Origin: a virus
Taxonomy: Duplodnaviria > Caudoviricetes
Reading direction: 5' to 3' (one strand)
Virus record (IMG/VR): IMGVR_UViG_3300005336_000019
Span: 12,513-76,512 of that record
Length of the DNA stretch: 64,000 bases
Every line of letters starts with the position of its first letter. Within the stretch, counting starts at the first letter, position 1. The notes beneath the pieces are model-generated. The model was given only the letters and a program-made list of their open reading frames with translations. It was not told the DNA's origin and ran no database searches. Position numbers and translations under genes: made by a program. Of the stretch, positions 1-9,032 are shown piece by piece.

Positions 1-1
1 C

Positions 2-55
2 GAGATCGTCGTCAAGGGTCAGGTCGTGTACCGGATCAGGGGCGTGGACGAGTGA
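2..55 (+). CDS. 3' end of hypothetical protein (truncated by window)
   Basis: Open frame EIVVKGQVVYRIRGVDE* with GTGA overlap to next gene. Confidence 0.65.
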   Translation, partial: EIVVKGQVVYRIRGVDE

Positions 56-366
56 GCGCCTTCGGCAGGAAGCCCGAGGAGGTCGGCAAGCGGCCCGAGC
101 CGGGCGCGCTCGACCTGAAGTGGACGTACCTGGGGCCCTACGGCCACAGCGAGTACACCTTCGACATGTACCAGGCGGACGGGTCCGACAACCTGTACTT
201 CGTCGACCCGCGCCAGGACCCGCAGCCGTGGGAACTGAGGGACGGCTGCGACGACCTGGCCCTGGACAAGCAGCGCATGACCGAGCTGCGGGACACACTC
301 ACGTACCTGCTGGACAACTGGGGCAGGCCGTGGGCCCGAGAGTCCCACCCGGAAGAGGAGAAGTAA
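52..366 (+). CDS. hypothetical protein
   Basis: High-GC3 frame, coupled to neighbours. Confidence 0.8.
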   Translation: MSAFGRKPEEVGKRPEPGALDLKWTYLGPYGHSEYTFDMYQADGSDNLYFVDPRQDPQPWELRDGCDDLALDKQRMTELRDTLTYLLDNWGRPWARESHPEEEK

Positions 367-702
367 GTGGCCGAGCTGATCGACATCCCCAACGTCACCT
401 GCGGGAACGGCCTGCACATGCAGGCGCCAACCCGGGAGCCGGTGTTCCACTTCACGCAGAACGACGGCTTCCACGGGATCATCTACCTGGACGCCGTGAA
501 GGCGTGGGCACGGGCCATGCGGGAGGACGGGGTCCCCCTGCGGGAGATGGCTCACGACCTCTACGTCCTGCTGCCGGGCAGCCGGGAGCTGATCCGCTGC
601 ACGCTGGTCGTGGCGGACGGGGAGGACGGCCCGGAGATGGAGGTCGAGGCCCTGCGGCCGACGGCCCTGGAGTCGAACACCCTGTACACCTGCAAGATCT
701 GA
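367..702 (+). CDS. hypothetical protein
   Basis: High-GC3 frame, RBS GAGGAG. Confidence 0.8.
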   Translation: MAELIDIPNVTCGNGLHMQAPTREPVFHFTQNDGFHGIIYLDAVKAWARAMREDGVPLREMAHDLYVLLPGSRELIRCTLVVADGEDGPEMEVEALRPTALESNTLYTCKI

Positions 703-775
703 GCCGGTCGGCTTCCGGGGAGCACGGGCTTCGGTCCGTGCCCCTCGGTGGATCATCGGAACGGAGGAGAAACAG

Positions 776-1015
776 ATGCGGTATCGCGTGTGGACCTACC
801 AGGACGGCGTCGCTCCGCCGGTCGTCCGGGATGCTTCCGGGCGACCGGCTTTCCCGGGCGGCCCCAACCCTGCGAAGGGGGCGCCGGGCCGGGCTTCCGC
901 GAGGGAGGAGGCTGAAGGACTGTCGGCAGCCGTCGACAGAATCATGCAGCTCATGGAGGGCAACGGCCTGAGCGACGAGGCCGAGAAGGTCATCGTCCGG
1001 GGCAGGGCCACCTAG
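776..1015 (+). CDS. hypothetical protein
   Basis: RBS GGAGGAG, ATG. Confidence 0.75.
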   Translation: MRYRVWTYQDGVAPPVVRDASGRPAFPGGPNPAKGAPGRASAREEAEGLSAAVDRIMQLMEGNGLSDEAEKVIVRGRAT

Positions 1016-1092
1016 GCGCTTCGGGATCACGGCGCCTACCGCACGGCACTTCCGGCACGGGGCCGCTGGGTCCTGGCCGAGGTGGTGAAGTA

Positions 1093-1365
1093 GTGGCCGG
1101 ATGGGTTATGCAGATCGGCGAAGACCCTCTCAACATGGTCGTCGCGATGGACTGCTTCACGGTCATGGTCGGTGTTCAGAGCGCCCTGATGACGGCCGGT
1201 ATGCCGCAGTCGCAGGCTCTCGACGCCGCCGAAGAGGCATGGACGACCGTCGAAGAGGGTCGCAACACCTGGACCACCCAGATGGACAACGGGGTGGCTC
1301 TGAAGGTGTATCGCATGCCGGTATACCGCACGACGGAAACCGGGAACGGAAAGGGGAAGTCATGA
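1093..1365 (+). CDS. hypothetical protein (paralog family A)
   Basis: Coding frame; weak similarity to next two genes. Confidence 0.75.
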   Translation: MAGWVMQIGEDPLNMVVAMDCFTVMVGVQSALMTAGMPQSQALDAAEEAWTTVEEGRNTWTTQMDNGVALKVYRMPVYRTTETGNGKGKS

Positions 1366-1847
1366 GGTACGGAATCACGGTGAACAACGGCCGGGTGCTG
1401 AGCGGGAACACGGAGGAGGTGAAGGGTCTCATCATCGGCGTCCTGCTGGCCGCCGGGTTCAACGAGCCGGTCTCCGTGCAGGAGAAGGCGGACGAAGTGC
1501 TGCGCCGGGCCGACGCCCTGCCCTCCGACGAGGTGCAGTCGGTGAAGCTGGCCAGCATCGGCGAGATGCTGGTCTGGCGGGAGCGCGGGCGCCAGGTCCC
1601 GAACCGGGCGTACTTCGTGAAGGCCGGGGACCTCGGTCCCGCCTTCCGGGCGACAAGCGAGGCGCCGCTGGTGGCCTACCTGATGGGCATCCTGGTCGGC
1701 AGCGAGGGCATCGGCCTGGAGCGGTCGGCCGCGCTCGCCGAGGGCGTGGCGCACTGCCTCTCGGAGGGCGGCAGCTACCCCGACCGGGTCATCACGGAAC
1801 TGAAGGACGGCAGCAGCCTGCTGGCCTGGTGGGAGGACGAGAAGTGA
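1362..1847 (+). CDS. hypothetical protein, two internal repeats (paralog family A)
   Basis: ATG at 1362 overlapping upstream stop, RBS GGAAAGGGGAAG. Confidence 0.8.
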   Translation: MRYGITVNNGRVLSGNTEEVKGLIIGVLLAAGFNEPVSVQEKADEVLRRADALPSDEVQSVKLASIGEMLVWRERGRQVPNRAYFVKAGDLGPAFRATSEAPLVAYLMGILVGSEGIGLERSAALAEGVAHCLSEGGSYPDRVITELKDGSSLLAWWEDEK

Positions 1848-2203
1848 CGCACCACTGGAGCTGGACGGTCCGGGTCAAGCAGGGCGATCCGGGATACCGG
1901 GTGCACAGCACTGAGGCCCTGATGGCGGCCGTCGCGGGCGCCCTCATGGCAGAGGGCACTGATTCCCGGATGGCCGACACGTTCGCCCGGTCGGTCCGGG
2001 AACGGGCGAACGAACAGTCCCAGCAGCGCCGCATGAACCACGCCACGCCGCCGCTGGAGTACCAGCAGATCCTCGGTGCCACGAAGGTGCTGCACATCAC
2101 CTCGGACGACCTCCCGGAGGACCCGGACCGGTACTGCGAGGGCCGCACCGAGTCCGGGAGCCGCTGCCCGAGGCACCTCAACCACCTCGGGGAGTGCAAG
2201 TGA
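1844..2203 (+). CDS. hypothetical protein (paralog family A) with C-terminal Cys/His motif
   Basis: GTGA coupling; C-x9-C-x2-H-x2-H tail. Confidence 0.8.
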   Translation: MTHHWSWTVRVKQGDPGYRVHSTEALMAAVAGALMAEGTDSRMADTFARSVRERANEQSQQRRMNHATPPLEYQQILGATKVLHITSDDLPEDPDRYCEGRTESGSRCPRHLNHLGECK

Positions 2204-2427
2204 GGTGGGGTGACGACGCCGACGAGGTCGGCGGCAAGGACCGGAGCTGGATCAACCTGGCTCCGGGGCTGGCGGTCGAGATCGAGTACAGCTCGACCAG
2301 TTACGAGATGGCGCAGAGCGAGGAAGAGATCGAGGCGAAGCTGACCGGCCAGGTCCGCATCACCCGGGAGAAGATCTTCGCCGCCGACTTCCTGATCGAC
2401 TCGCTGACCGGGGAAGAGAAGGACTGA
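2200..2427 (+). CDS. hypothetical protein
   Basis: GTGA coupling, high GC3. Confidence 0.75.
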   Translation: MRWGDDADEVGGKDRSWINLAPGLAVEIEYSSTSYEMAQSEEEIEAKLTGQVRITREKIFAADFLIDSLTGEEKD

Positions 2428-2451
2428 TCCGGCCGAGGCTGGCCGGATACC

Positions 2452-2502
2452 GAGGGGCCCGCTTGACGGCGGGCCCCTTCGCTGTACGATGGCCTAGGTC
2501 AA
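2452..2502 (+). promoter_or_regulatory. Hairpin with -35 (TTGACG) in loop, -10 TACGAT and palindromic box ATGGCCTAGGTCAA
   Basis: GAGGGGCCCGC-TTGACG-GCGGGCCCCTTC, TACGAT 2485-2490, box 2489-2502. Confidence 0.7.
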
Positions 2503-2516
2503 GGAAAGGGAGAAGC

Positions 2517-2975
2517 GTGAAGGCCATCGAATTCCCGGATGCGCTCCGGGAGTTGAAGATCGAAGGCGCCTCGGTGAAACCGGCCGAGGGCAAGCCAGGT
2601 TCCGGTGTGGAGCACGGCTTCATCGTCACGGGCCAGCATGGCGCCCGCATCGCCTGGCAGGTGGCCACGCAGGAGGACGGCCTGATGGCCGGTACCGGAA
2701 ACCCTGCCGCCTACCCATCGGCCGTGGCCGCCGCTCCCGACAGGCTCGTCTGCGCCGACGTCGAGGCGTCCATCGCCTGCTGGATCGGCCAGAACCTCGG
2801 TGAGCACATCAGCGAGATCGTCCGGTACAGCGAGACCCGGGACCGGGGCATCCGCTACGGCCTGCGGCTCGACCTGTACAGCGGGGGCCGGGTGTTCATC
2901 CAGGCCCTGTGGATTCTGGAGCCCGGAGAGGAACCGAACCGGGACAACAAGTACCGCATGCGCAACGCGGTCTGA
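2517..2975 (+). CDS. hypothetical protein
   Basis: RBS GGAAAGGGAGAAG, GTG. Confidence 0.8.
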   Translation: MKAIEFPDALRELKIEGASVKPAEGKPGSGVEHGFIVTGQHGARIAWQVATQEDGLMAGTGNPAAYPSAVAAAPDRLVCADVEASIACWIGQNLGEHISEIVRYSETRDRGIRYGLRLDLYSGGRVFIQALWILEPGEEPNRDNKYRMRNAV

Positions 2976-2990
2976 AGAAGGAGAAGACGG

Positions 2991-3356
2991 GTGGGCAGGG
3001 ACATCAGGGTGCACAAGGGGATCTACGCCAAGGGGACCCCCAGGGAGCGGCCGTCGGCATGGATCGAGGTGTCGGTTCCGCTCCAGCTTGAAGCTCACGA
3101 GCTGGTCGACGGACTCGGCGAGAACTTCCTGCGCAACGAGACCGACGTCGACTGGAACGAGCGACCGGCCAACCTCCCGGACTCCCTGACTCAGCAGGAG
3201 ATCGTCCGCATCTACAAGGACGAGCTGATGTACTGGGGCACCAACCTGGGCACCTGGTCCGAGAGTCTGAGCACCGACGAGGCGAAGACGGCCCGGGGCT
3301 GGCTCATGGACATCGTCCTGGCCGCCTTTCCGGAAATGCGGGGGTACCAGATATGA
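2991..3356 (+). CDS. hypothetical protein
   Basis: RBS AAGGAG, high GC3. Confidence 0.8.
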   Translation: MGRDIRVHKGIYAKGTPRERPSAWIEVSVPLQLEAHELVDGLGENFLRNETDVDWNERPANLPDSLTQQEIVRIYKDELMYWGTNLGTWSESLSTDEAKTARGWLMDIVLAAFPEMRGYQI

Positions 3357-3703
3357 GCGCCCCGTCCGCAGCGGCCGTCAGCCGCTTCCTGGGGGAGCGC
3401 TTCAACCGGTCCCAGCGTGTCGGTCCCGGGCCGACTGGCGTGACAGCGGGGTTCACGGTACGCCGGGCCCTGGGTGAGGGACTGCGGCCGACGGACTGGG
3501 TGGTCGTCGAGTTCGAGCCCGGCTACCACACGATGGCCCGGTTCAGGTTCGGCGGGAATGCCGAGGGCCTGCTGAAGTACACGCAGAAGGTGCTCACGGA
3601 CTACGAGCGGAACCTGAAGGCCCGGTACGACGTGAGCCGCAACGACGAGGACGGCCCGGACCAGTGGAACTGCCTGATCGTCCGGCACAAGAAGGCATCG
3701 TGA
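3353..3703 (+). CDS. hypothetical protein
   Basis: ATGA coupling. Confidence 0.8.
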   Translation: MSAPSAAAVSRFLGERFNRSQRVGPGPTGVTAGFTVRRALGEGLRPTDWVVVEFEPGYHTMARFRFGGNAEGLLKYTQKVLTDYERNLKARYDVSRNDEDGPDQWNCLIVRHKKAS

Positions 3704-3825
3704 CGGAGCAACGCCGCTGGTGGGAAGAGGGCTGCTACTGCCCGCCCGGGGCCTGCATCTGCGGCACTCCGGCCGATCCGTTCCGGATCGAGCCGGAAGA
3801 GACGACGGAAAGCGAGAAGGACTGA
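3700..3825 (+). CDS. small Cys-rich hypothetical protein (41 aa, not in ORF track)
   Basis: Fills gap with GTGA and TGATG overlaps; CYC-x4-CIC. Confidence 0.55.
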   Translation: MTEQRRWWEEGCYCPPGACICGTPADPFRIEPEETTESEKD

Positions 3826-4130
3826 TGGCACAGACCCACATCGGCCGCCTGGCCACCGAGTTGAAGCAGGCCGCCGCCGCACTGGAGCAGTTCGAGGAGT
3901 TCCGCTCCCCCGTCAACCAGGAGGTCGTCTCGGCCGTCTGGTTCGCCGCTGGGCAGCACGACCAGCACGTGAGGGTCGCGGTCCGCGAGGAGCACGGCAC
4001 CTTCTACCGGGGCCGGATCACCGAGGTCGGCACCAAGGGCGGCTGGGAGGTGCTGGCCGACGACGGCGAGCTGGTTCCCAACGTGACGGCCAGCATGTTC
4101 GTCTCGCTCATGCTGGTGCAGCGCCCGTGA
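3825..4130 (+). CDS. hypothetical protein
   Basis: MAQTHIGRL..., TGATG coupling. Confidence 0.8.
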   Translation: MAQTHIGRLATELKQAAAALEQFEEFRSPVNQEVVSAVWFAAGQHDQHVRVAVREEHGTFYRGRITEVGTKGGWEVLADDGELVPNVTASMFVSLMLVQRP

Positions 4131-4273
4131 ACGAGGAGAGGATGCCCGAGAGAGATCCCACCGACCGCAGCAAGCCGCCGAGGAGGCACGAGATGAGCAG
4201 CAGCGACGACGCCAAGCACACCCGCCCACTGGAGAAGCGCAAGGACGGCTCCAAGCCGCACCCGCAGTCGTGA
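4127..4273 (+). CDS. small hypothetical protein
   Basis: GTGA overlaps at both ends. Confidence 0.5.
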   Translation: MNEERMPERDPTDRSKPPRRHEMSSSDDAKHTRPLEKRKDGSKPHPQS

Positions 4274-4706
4274 ACTCCGCCGACAGGGCGAAGGAGTTCG
4301 ATGCGCTGTGGCGGGAATCCATCGCCCGAGCTGGGCGAAGACCGGACTGGAACGACCTGAGCCTGATCGAGCAGCAGGCGATGTCGTCGGAGTTCCGGAC
4401 CGAGATGGACCGGTACGGGGACGAGGATCCCACCGCCGAGAACCGGACGAGGACCGGGCTGTACGCCTCGCCGACGAGTTCGAGGCATCCTGGCTGACCT
4501 CCTGGCTGAACGCCGGGAGCCGCACGACCACCCTCTCGGGCCGCCTGGCGGGCCGCTGGGGTGACGACTACCGCAACGCACGGGACCGGGAACAAGGAGA
4601 AGATCACGATGGGTGCACGCATCACGACCCCACTCAAGGGAGTCCGGAAGACGTCGGCGTGGCCGTACGCGGAGATGCCGCAGAGCAAGAAGCCCCGTGC
4701 CCGTAA
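4270..4706 (+). pseudogene. hypothetical gene with apparent frameshift near 4435-4445
   Basis: High-GC3 coding signal moves from the 4270 frame to the 4308 frame (EPDEDRAVRLADEFEASWL). Confidence 0.5.
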
Positions 4707-5151
4707 GGGCGGCTGGATCCTGGCGATGTCCATCGAGCCGGAGCTGAGCGGGCTGGTCACGTTCTACCCGGAGGGGACCGACTTCCCGGTCCCGATGGAG
4801 GACCACACCAGCAAGCGCCAGATCCTGCACATCGACAACGGCTCGATCTGGGGCAAGAAGATCACGACCCGCCCCTTCTACCAGGTCGACGACAGCAACC
4901 AGTGCGAGCGGTTCGCCACCACGTTCTGCTCCCTCGGCTACACCACGAACGAGAAGCTGCTGCCGCACCAGGGCGGCGCCTTCTGGGCCTTCAACTGGTC
5001 CTCGCTCACGGTCGCCACGGTGCACATCGCCTCGCAGGTCGCCGACCACTACTTCAACGACCGGTACGACGAGGCGTGGGCCGTCGGCAAGGCGTTCGGC
5101 GACCAGATCCACGCCGCCGAGAACGCCCACTGGGAAGCCCAGGGGAAGTGA
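4609..5151 (+). CDS. hypothetical protein
   Basis: RBS AAGGAGAAG, ATG. Confidence 0.85.
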   Translation: MGARITTPLKGVRKTSAWPYAEMPQSKKPRARKGGWILAMSIEPELSGLVTFYPEGTDFPVPMEDHTSKRQILHIDNGSIWGKKITTRPFYQVDDSNQCERFATTFCSLGYTTNEKLLPHQGGAFWAFNWSSLTVATVHIASQVADHYFNDRYDEAWAVGKAFGDQIHAAENAHWEAQGK

Positions 5152-5155
5152 CCCG

Positions 5156-5533
5156 ATGGTGATGGTCAGCGATCCGGGCACGGTGCAGATCCCGCGCTCG
5201 GGGACGAACGTCGGCCGGGTCGAGGAGTGGTCCGGCCACCCCGGTACCTGGGACGGCTGGGCCGACATCCCGGGGGCTCCGACCGAGGAGCTGGTCTGCA
5301 ACGGCGGCAGCCGGGACTGGTGCCGGTACATGGTCACGAGGCGGTACCTGGACCACCTGCTCGACGAGCTGGGCGGCGCCACCCACTGGGGGCATGACCG
5401 GGACGCGGAGTTCACCGAGAAGTCCCGGATGGTCTCGCACTGCCTGGTCTTCATGAGCGAACTCCTGGCGGCGCACTACCAGGAGATCCGGCGGGACCGC
5501 ATGCGGGTTCGCCGGGAGGTACAGCAGGGCTGA
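5156..5533 (+). CDS. hypothetical protein
   Basis: High GC3. Confidence 0.8.
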   Translation: MVMVSDPGTVQIPRSGTNVGRVEEWSGHPGTWDGWADIPGAPTEELVCNGGSRDWCRYMVTRRYLDHLLDELGGATHWGHDRDAEFTEKSRMVSHCLVFMSELLAAHYQEIRRDRMRVRREVQQG

Positions 5534-5616
5534 TCCGGCTTCGGCTCGGCGGCGCACGGGCTCTGGTCCGTGCGTCTGCCGTACTGCCGCCGGGCAGGGA
5601 ATCGGAAGGGGAAGAG

Positions 5617-5952
5617 ATGCGAGCGTACTTCGAGACCAGCAACGGCGAGACGATCCCGCTGCCGGATCCAATGAGCCCCGAGCAGTCGGCCATCGTGTAC
5701 CTCACGGGTGGAACCGGCATCCGCCGGATCGACGACGAGACGATCGACGAGTTCGTACGTCGGGCCGATCTGTACGACACGTACATCGGCGGGATCAACC
5801 TGCTGGAGATCGGGACCGGCAAGCGTGTTCCGATCACTCGCCAGGTCATCACCGAGGCGATGGCCGGTCACCCGGTGCTCTGGACGAACGCTGGGCTCAT
5901 GACCCCGGAATCGTTCGACCGCATGATCCGCGTCGCCAAGTCGGCGCTGTAG
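5617..5952 (+). CDS. hypothetical protein
   Basis: RBS CGGAAGGGGAAG. Confidence 0.8.
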   Translation: MRAYFETSNGETIPLPDPMSPEQSAIVYLTGGTGIRRIDDETIDEFVRRADLYDTYIGGINLLEIGTGKRVPITRQVITEAMAGHPVLWTNAGLMTPESFDRMIRVAKSAL

Positions 5953-5972
5953 ACCAGGAGAGGGGAAGAGCG

Positions 5973-6398
5973 ATGAGTGAGCCGCTGAACACCGACGGCT
6001 GGGGAGAGGTGAAGGTCCGGACTCCGGGCTCGTTCGCCGACCCCCGGGAGGTGAACGCGGTGATCCGGGAGCTGTTCTGTCACGACAGCATCCTGGAGTA
6101 CCAGCGCAGGATCGCCGAGGCGGCCATGAGGGAAGCCGTGGCGGCCTGGCGCAGGGCGATGGCCAAGAAGGGCCTGAGCGCCGACAGTGACGCCGGTAAG
6201 GCGATCCTGGCGGCCGTGAACGGCGTCCTGGACGGCTTCGACCCGGAGAGCGACGAGTGGGACGGCTTCTTCCCGCCGGTCATGCTCTGCTCCGAGCACG
6301 ACAGCCCCGTGAAGCCGAGGTTCGGCAAGGGGATCGTCTTCTCGGCCTGCCCCGGCGTCCCGTGGTGCCGGGCTCACGAACCGGCGCGTGTCCAGTGA
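5973..6398 (+). CDS. hypothetical protein, C-terminal zinc-ribbon-like motif
   Basis: CSEH...GIVFSACPGVPWC. Confidence 0.8.
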   Translation: MSEPLNTDGWGEVKVRTPGSFADPREVNAVIRELFCHDSILEYQRRIAEAAMREAVAAWRRAMAKKGLSADSDAGKAILAAVNGVLDGFDPESDEWDGFFPPVMLCSEHDSPVKPRFGKGIVFSACPGVPWCRAHEPARVQ

Positions 6399-6721
6399 GC
6401 TACGAATGCCGGGGCTGCGGCGGCACCTGCTGCACGGGGATCGGGAGCGACCCCTGCACCTGCCCGCCGCCGCCCGAGCCGGAAGAGCAGGAGCTGTACC
6501 CCCGGCGGTCGCCGGGGGCGCACGGCAGGCACTGCACCTGGCCGGAGTGTGACGGCTCATGCCTGATCACGGTGACCGTCGAGTGGCGGGCGCTGGAGGC
6601 GTTCTACGAGGCGGCCCGGTGGGGCCGGGCGATGACGCCCAGCACGGCGGGTGAGCGCACCGGGATGGAGCTGGTGGCGCGGATCATCGAACAGGGCAAG
6701 AGGGGTGCGGAACGTGGCTGA
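6395..6721 (+). CDS. Cys-rich hypothetical protein
   Basis: GTGA coupling; CRGCGGTCC, CTC, CTWPEC. Confidence 0.75.
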   Translation: MSYECRGCGGTCCTGIGSDPCTCPPPPEPEEQELYPRRSPGAHGRHCTWPECDGSCLITVTVEWRALEAFYEAARWGRAMTPSTAGERTGMELVARIIEQGKRGAERG

Positions 6722-6818
6722 AGTGATCCGGGCGTTCGCCGGGGTCGTGGCGCTGATCGCCATGAAGAAGACCGAGATCGACCGCCGGAGGGCGGCCGGA
6801 AAGGGGAAGACGGCATGA
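6714..6818 (+). CDS. small hypothetical protein (34 aa)
   Basis: Fills gap, ATGA overlap with next gene. Confidence 0.5.
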   Translation: MAEVIRAFAGVVALIAMKKTEIDRRRAAGKGKTA

Positions 6819-7111
6819 CCACCCAGGACGAGAAGCTGGACATGCGCACGATCCACCTGCTGGCAGCGGCCAAAGAGCTGGCCGACCTGCTCTACAAGTG
6901 GAACGTGATCGACGAGTACGACCTGGTCATCCAGGACGGCCGCAATGGCGGCACCCCGTACCACCACGTGAACGAGGCGCTGGTGGCCGTGCTGAAGAAG
7001 CTCGGCACCGAGAACAAGGACGGCTTCTACGAGGGCGTCACCTCGGGCATGGACCCGCAGGAGGCACTGGACAACGCCATCGCCTACGAACGCCGCTACG
7101 ACGAGATCTGA
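6815..7111 (+). CDS. hypothetical protein
   Basis: High GC3. Confidence 0.8.
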   Translation: MTTQDEKLDMRTIHLLAAAKELADLLYKWNVIDEYDLVIQDGRNGGTPYHHVNEALVAVLKKLGTENKDGFYEGVTSGMDPQEALDNAIAYERRYDEI

Positions 7112-7143
7112 GACCGGAAGACACGGAGAGGGAGAGGAAGAAC

Positions 7144-7974
7144 ATGGGCGAGATCAGCAAGTACGAGGGCGGCGGCTCCGGAGCGGAGCTGAGCAAGCAG
7201 GACGGCCTGCCGGACCAGTCGTTCTCCGGGAAGGGTCAGCACTCCGGCCCGGTCCTGCTGGACATCTCGGGTGACTCGATCCACGGCACCGTGACGGTGG
7301 ACGCCGTCGACTTCGCCTCGGTCCGGGTCTACACCCGGTCCACGGTGCAGTCGGTGATCGACGCCGTCCGCAAGACGAAGATCTACCTGTCCGGCAGCAC
7401 GCTGACCGTGAAGGTGCCGGACTTCCAGGTCCCACCGACCGTGATCCAAGGAGGTGGCAGCCGGATGGTCTTCTCGGGCAACGTCTCCTTCGTGTCGGTC
7501 GGCCGGGGGGCCACGGTGATCGGCGGCTCCGGCTCCGGGGAGGACATGGTCCGGGTCGAGGTCACGCTGCCCCGACAGTCCGGCATCCGGGCCGACCTCG
7601 GCTCCGGCATGCTCGACGTGCACGGCGACCTCGTCGGCATCGACGGCGACCTGTCCTCGGGCTCGATCGCGGTCCACGGTTCGGTCGGCAAGGCCCGTGC
7701 CGAGCTGTCCTCCGGCTCGTTCCAGATCGGCCGGGTGACGGAGGGGATCGAAGCCACGGCGTCGTCCGGCAGCCTGAACGTGGGCGAGTACACCGGCTCC
7801 CACGCCAAGCTGCGGATCTCCTCCGGCAGCATGAACCTGAACGTCGGTCCGGCCGCCAGCGGCAGCATCGACGTCCGGGTCTCCTCCGGTTCGGCCAACA
7901 TCAGCGGAACCCGGGGGCGCACCGACCTGGACATCAGGACGAAGAAGTCCTCCGGCAGCATCAACCTCTACTGA
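7144..7974 (+). CDS. DUF4097-like beta-strand repeat protein
   Basis: Repeated SSGSx(I/L/M)xV units in C-terminal half. Confidence 0.75.
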   Translation: MGEISKYEGGGSGAELSKQDGLPDQSFSGKGQHSGPVLLDISGDSIHGTVTVDAVDFASVRVYTRSTVQSVIDAVRKTKIYLSGSTLTVKVPDFQVPPTVIQGGGSRMVFSGNVSFVSVGRGATVIGGSGSGEDMVRVEVTLPRQSGIRADLGSGMLDVHGDLVGIDGDLSSGSIAVHGSVGKARAELSSGSFQIGRVTEGIEATASSGSLNVGEYTGSHAKLRISSGSMNLNVGPAASGSIDVRVSSGSANISGTRGRTDLDIRTKKSSGSINLY

Positions 7975-7975
7975 C

Positions 7976-8458
7976 ATGCTGGACGCCGACCTCGTCCACG
8001 AGACGGGACACTTCAGCTACGCCGACGCCGAGCACCTGGCTGACCTGTGGAACCGGGCCTACCCGGCGATGCGGCAGATCATCACCCGGTACATCGAGAG
8101 CCAGCGGGAGTACATCGAGCGGAGGGGCTGGGTCATCGACCCGAATCACCCCCACGCCGAAGTGCTCCAGGAGCGCGCCACCCCGGAACGGAAGGCCCGG
8201 TACCGGCTGAAGCTGTCGGAAGAGCTGCGCCGGGACCTCGGCCAGCTCGACCGGGGCACGCACAAGCCGTGCACCCGCAGCCCGGGATGCTTCTCGGTGA
8301 CGGCCGCCTACATGGCGGTGCGGAGCCTGATCAGTCACAGCTCCCTCAACAGTGAGGGGCTGGCCAACATCTACCGCCTGGCCGCCGATCTGGCCGAGGC
8401 GGAGGAGCGGGTCAACGAGGCCCGCAAGAAGTGGCACCAGGAACAGGAGAAGAAGTGA
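7976..8458 (+). CDS. hypothetical protein
   Basis: High GC3. Confidence 0.8.
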   Translation: MLDADLVHETGHFSYADAEHLADLWNRAYPAMRQIITRYIESQREYIERRGWVIDPNHPHAEVLQERATPERKARYRLKLSEELRRDLGQLDRGTHKPCTRSPGCFSVTAAYMAVRSLISHSSLNSEGLANIYRLAADLAEAEERVNEARKKWHQEQEKK

Positions 8459-8697
8459 ACGCAGAAGTCGAGGTCCCCGTCGCCGAGAGCATCGCCGTGG
8501 GTCTGGCGATCGTCTTCTCGGATCTTCCGCAGAGCACCATCACGTGGATGTCCGAGCTGATGGTGCGCACCTGGCACGAGGGGCCGGACCGCTCCGACGA
8601 CCTGCTCTTCAACGCCCTCGACAAGGAGGTCCGGGCGGGCAACGAGGACGCCATCCGCATGGTCCTCGCCGCCGCCCGGCGCGGTCTGAAGGTCTGA
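8455..8697 (+). CDS. hypothetical protein
   Basis: GTGA coupling. Confidence 0.8.
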   Translation: MNAEVEVPVAESIAVGLAIVFSDLPQSTITWMSELMVRTWHEGPDRSDDLLFNALDKEVRAGNEDAIRMVLAAARRGLKV

Positions 8698-8767
8698 CTC
8701 CGAGGCCGAAACCCCTGGAAGGGGGTCGTGGGACGAATGGAAGTCCCGCCTGACGATGGCCGTCAGA
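8693..8767 (+). ncRNA. Hammerhead ribozyme, type II (HHR1)
   Basis: CTGAC-TCCGA-GGCC-GAAA-CCCCT-GGAA-GGGGG-TC^-GTGGGAC-GAATGGAA-GTCCCGC-CTGACGA-T-GGCC-GTCAG; complete core, predicted cleavage after 8727. Confidence 0.9.
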
Positions 8768-8795
8768 AGAATTCGGAACGGGAGGAGAACGCATC

Positions 8796-9017
8796 ATGGA
8801 ACTGCCCAACCGCGCCGAGGTGCGCAGCCAGATCAGCTCGAAGTTCCCGGGCCTGCCCAACGACACCCTGGACTGGGTGGCGGGCATGCTCTCCGACAAG
8901 ATCGAGGCCGACTGGCAGACCGCCGACGCCGAGTTCCACCGCGAGATGGAGCGCGCGATCCGGGCCGGTGAAGAGCACGCGATCCTCGTGGCCCTCGCCG
9001 CGCTCAAGGCCGTCTGA
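8796..9017 (+). CDS. hypothetical protein directly downstream of HHR1
   Basis: RBS GGAGGAG, ATG. Confidence 0.8.
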   Translation: MELPNRAEVRSQISSKFPGLPNDTLDWVAGMLSDKIEADWQTADAEFHREMERAIRAGEEHAILVALAALKAV

Positions 9018-9032
9018 CCTACGGGTCGCATT

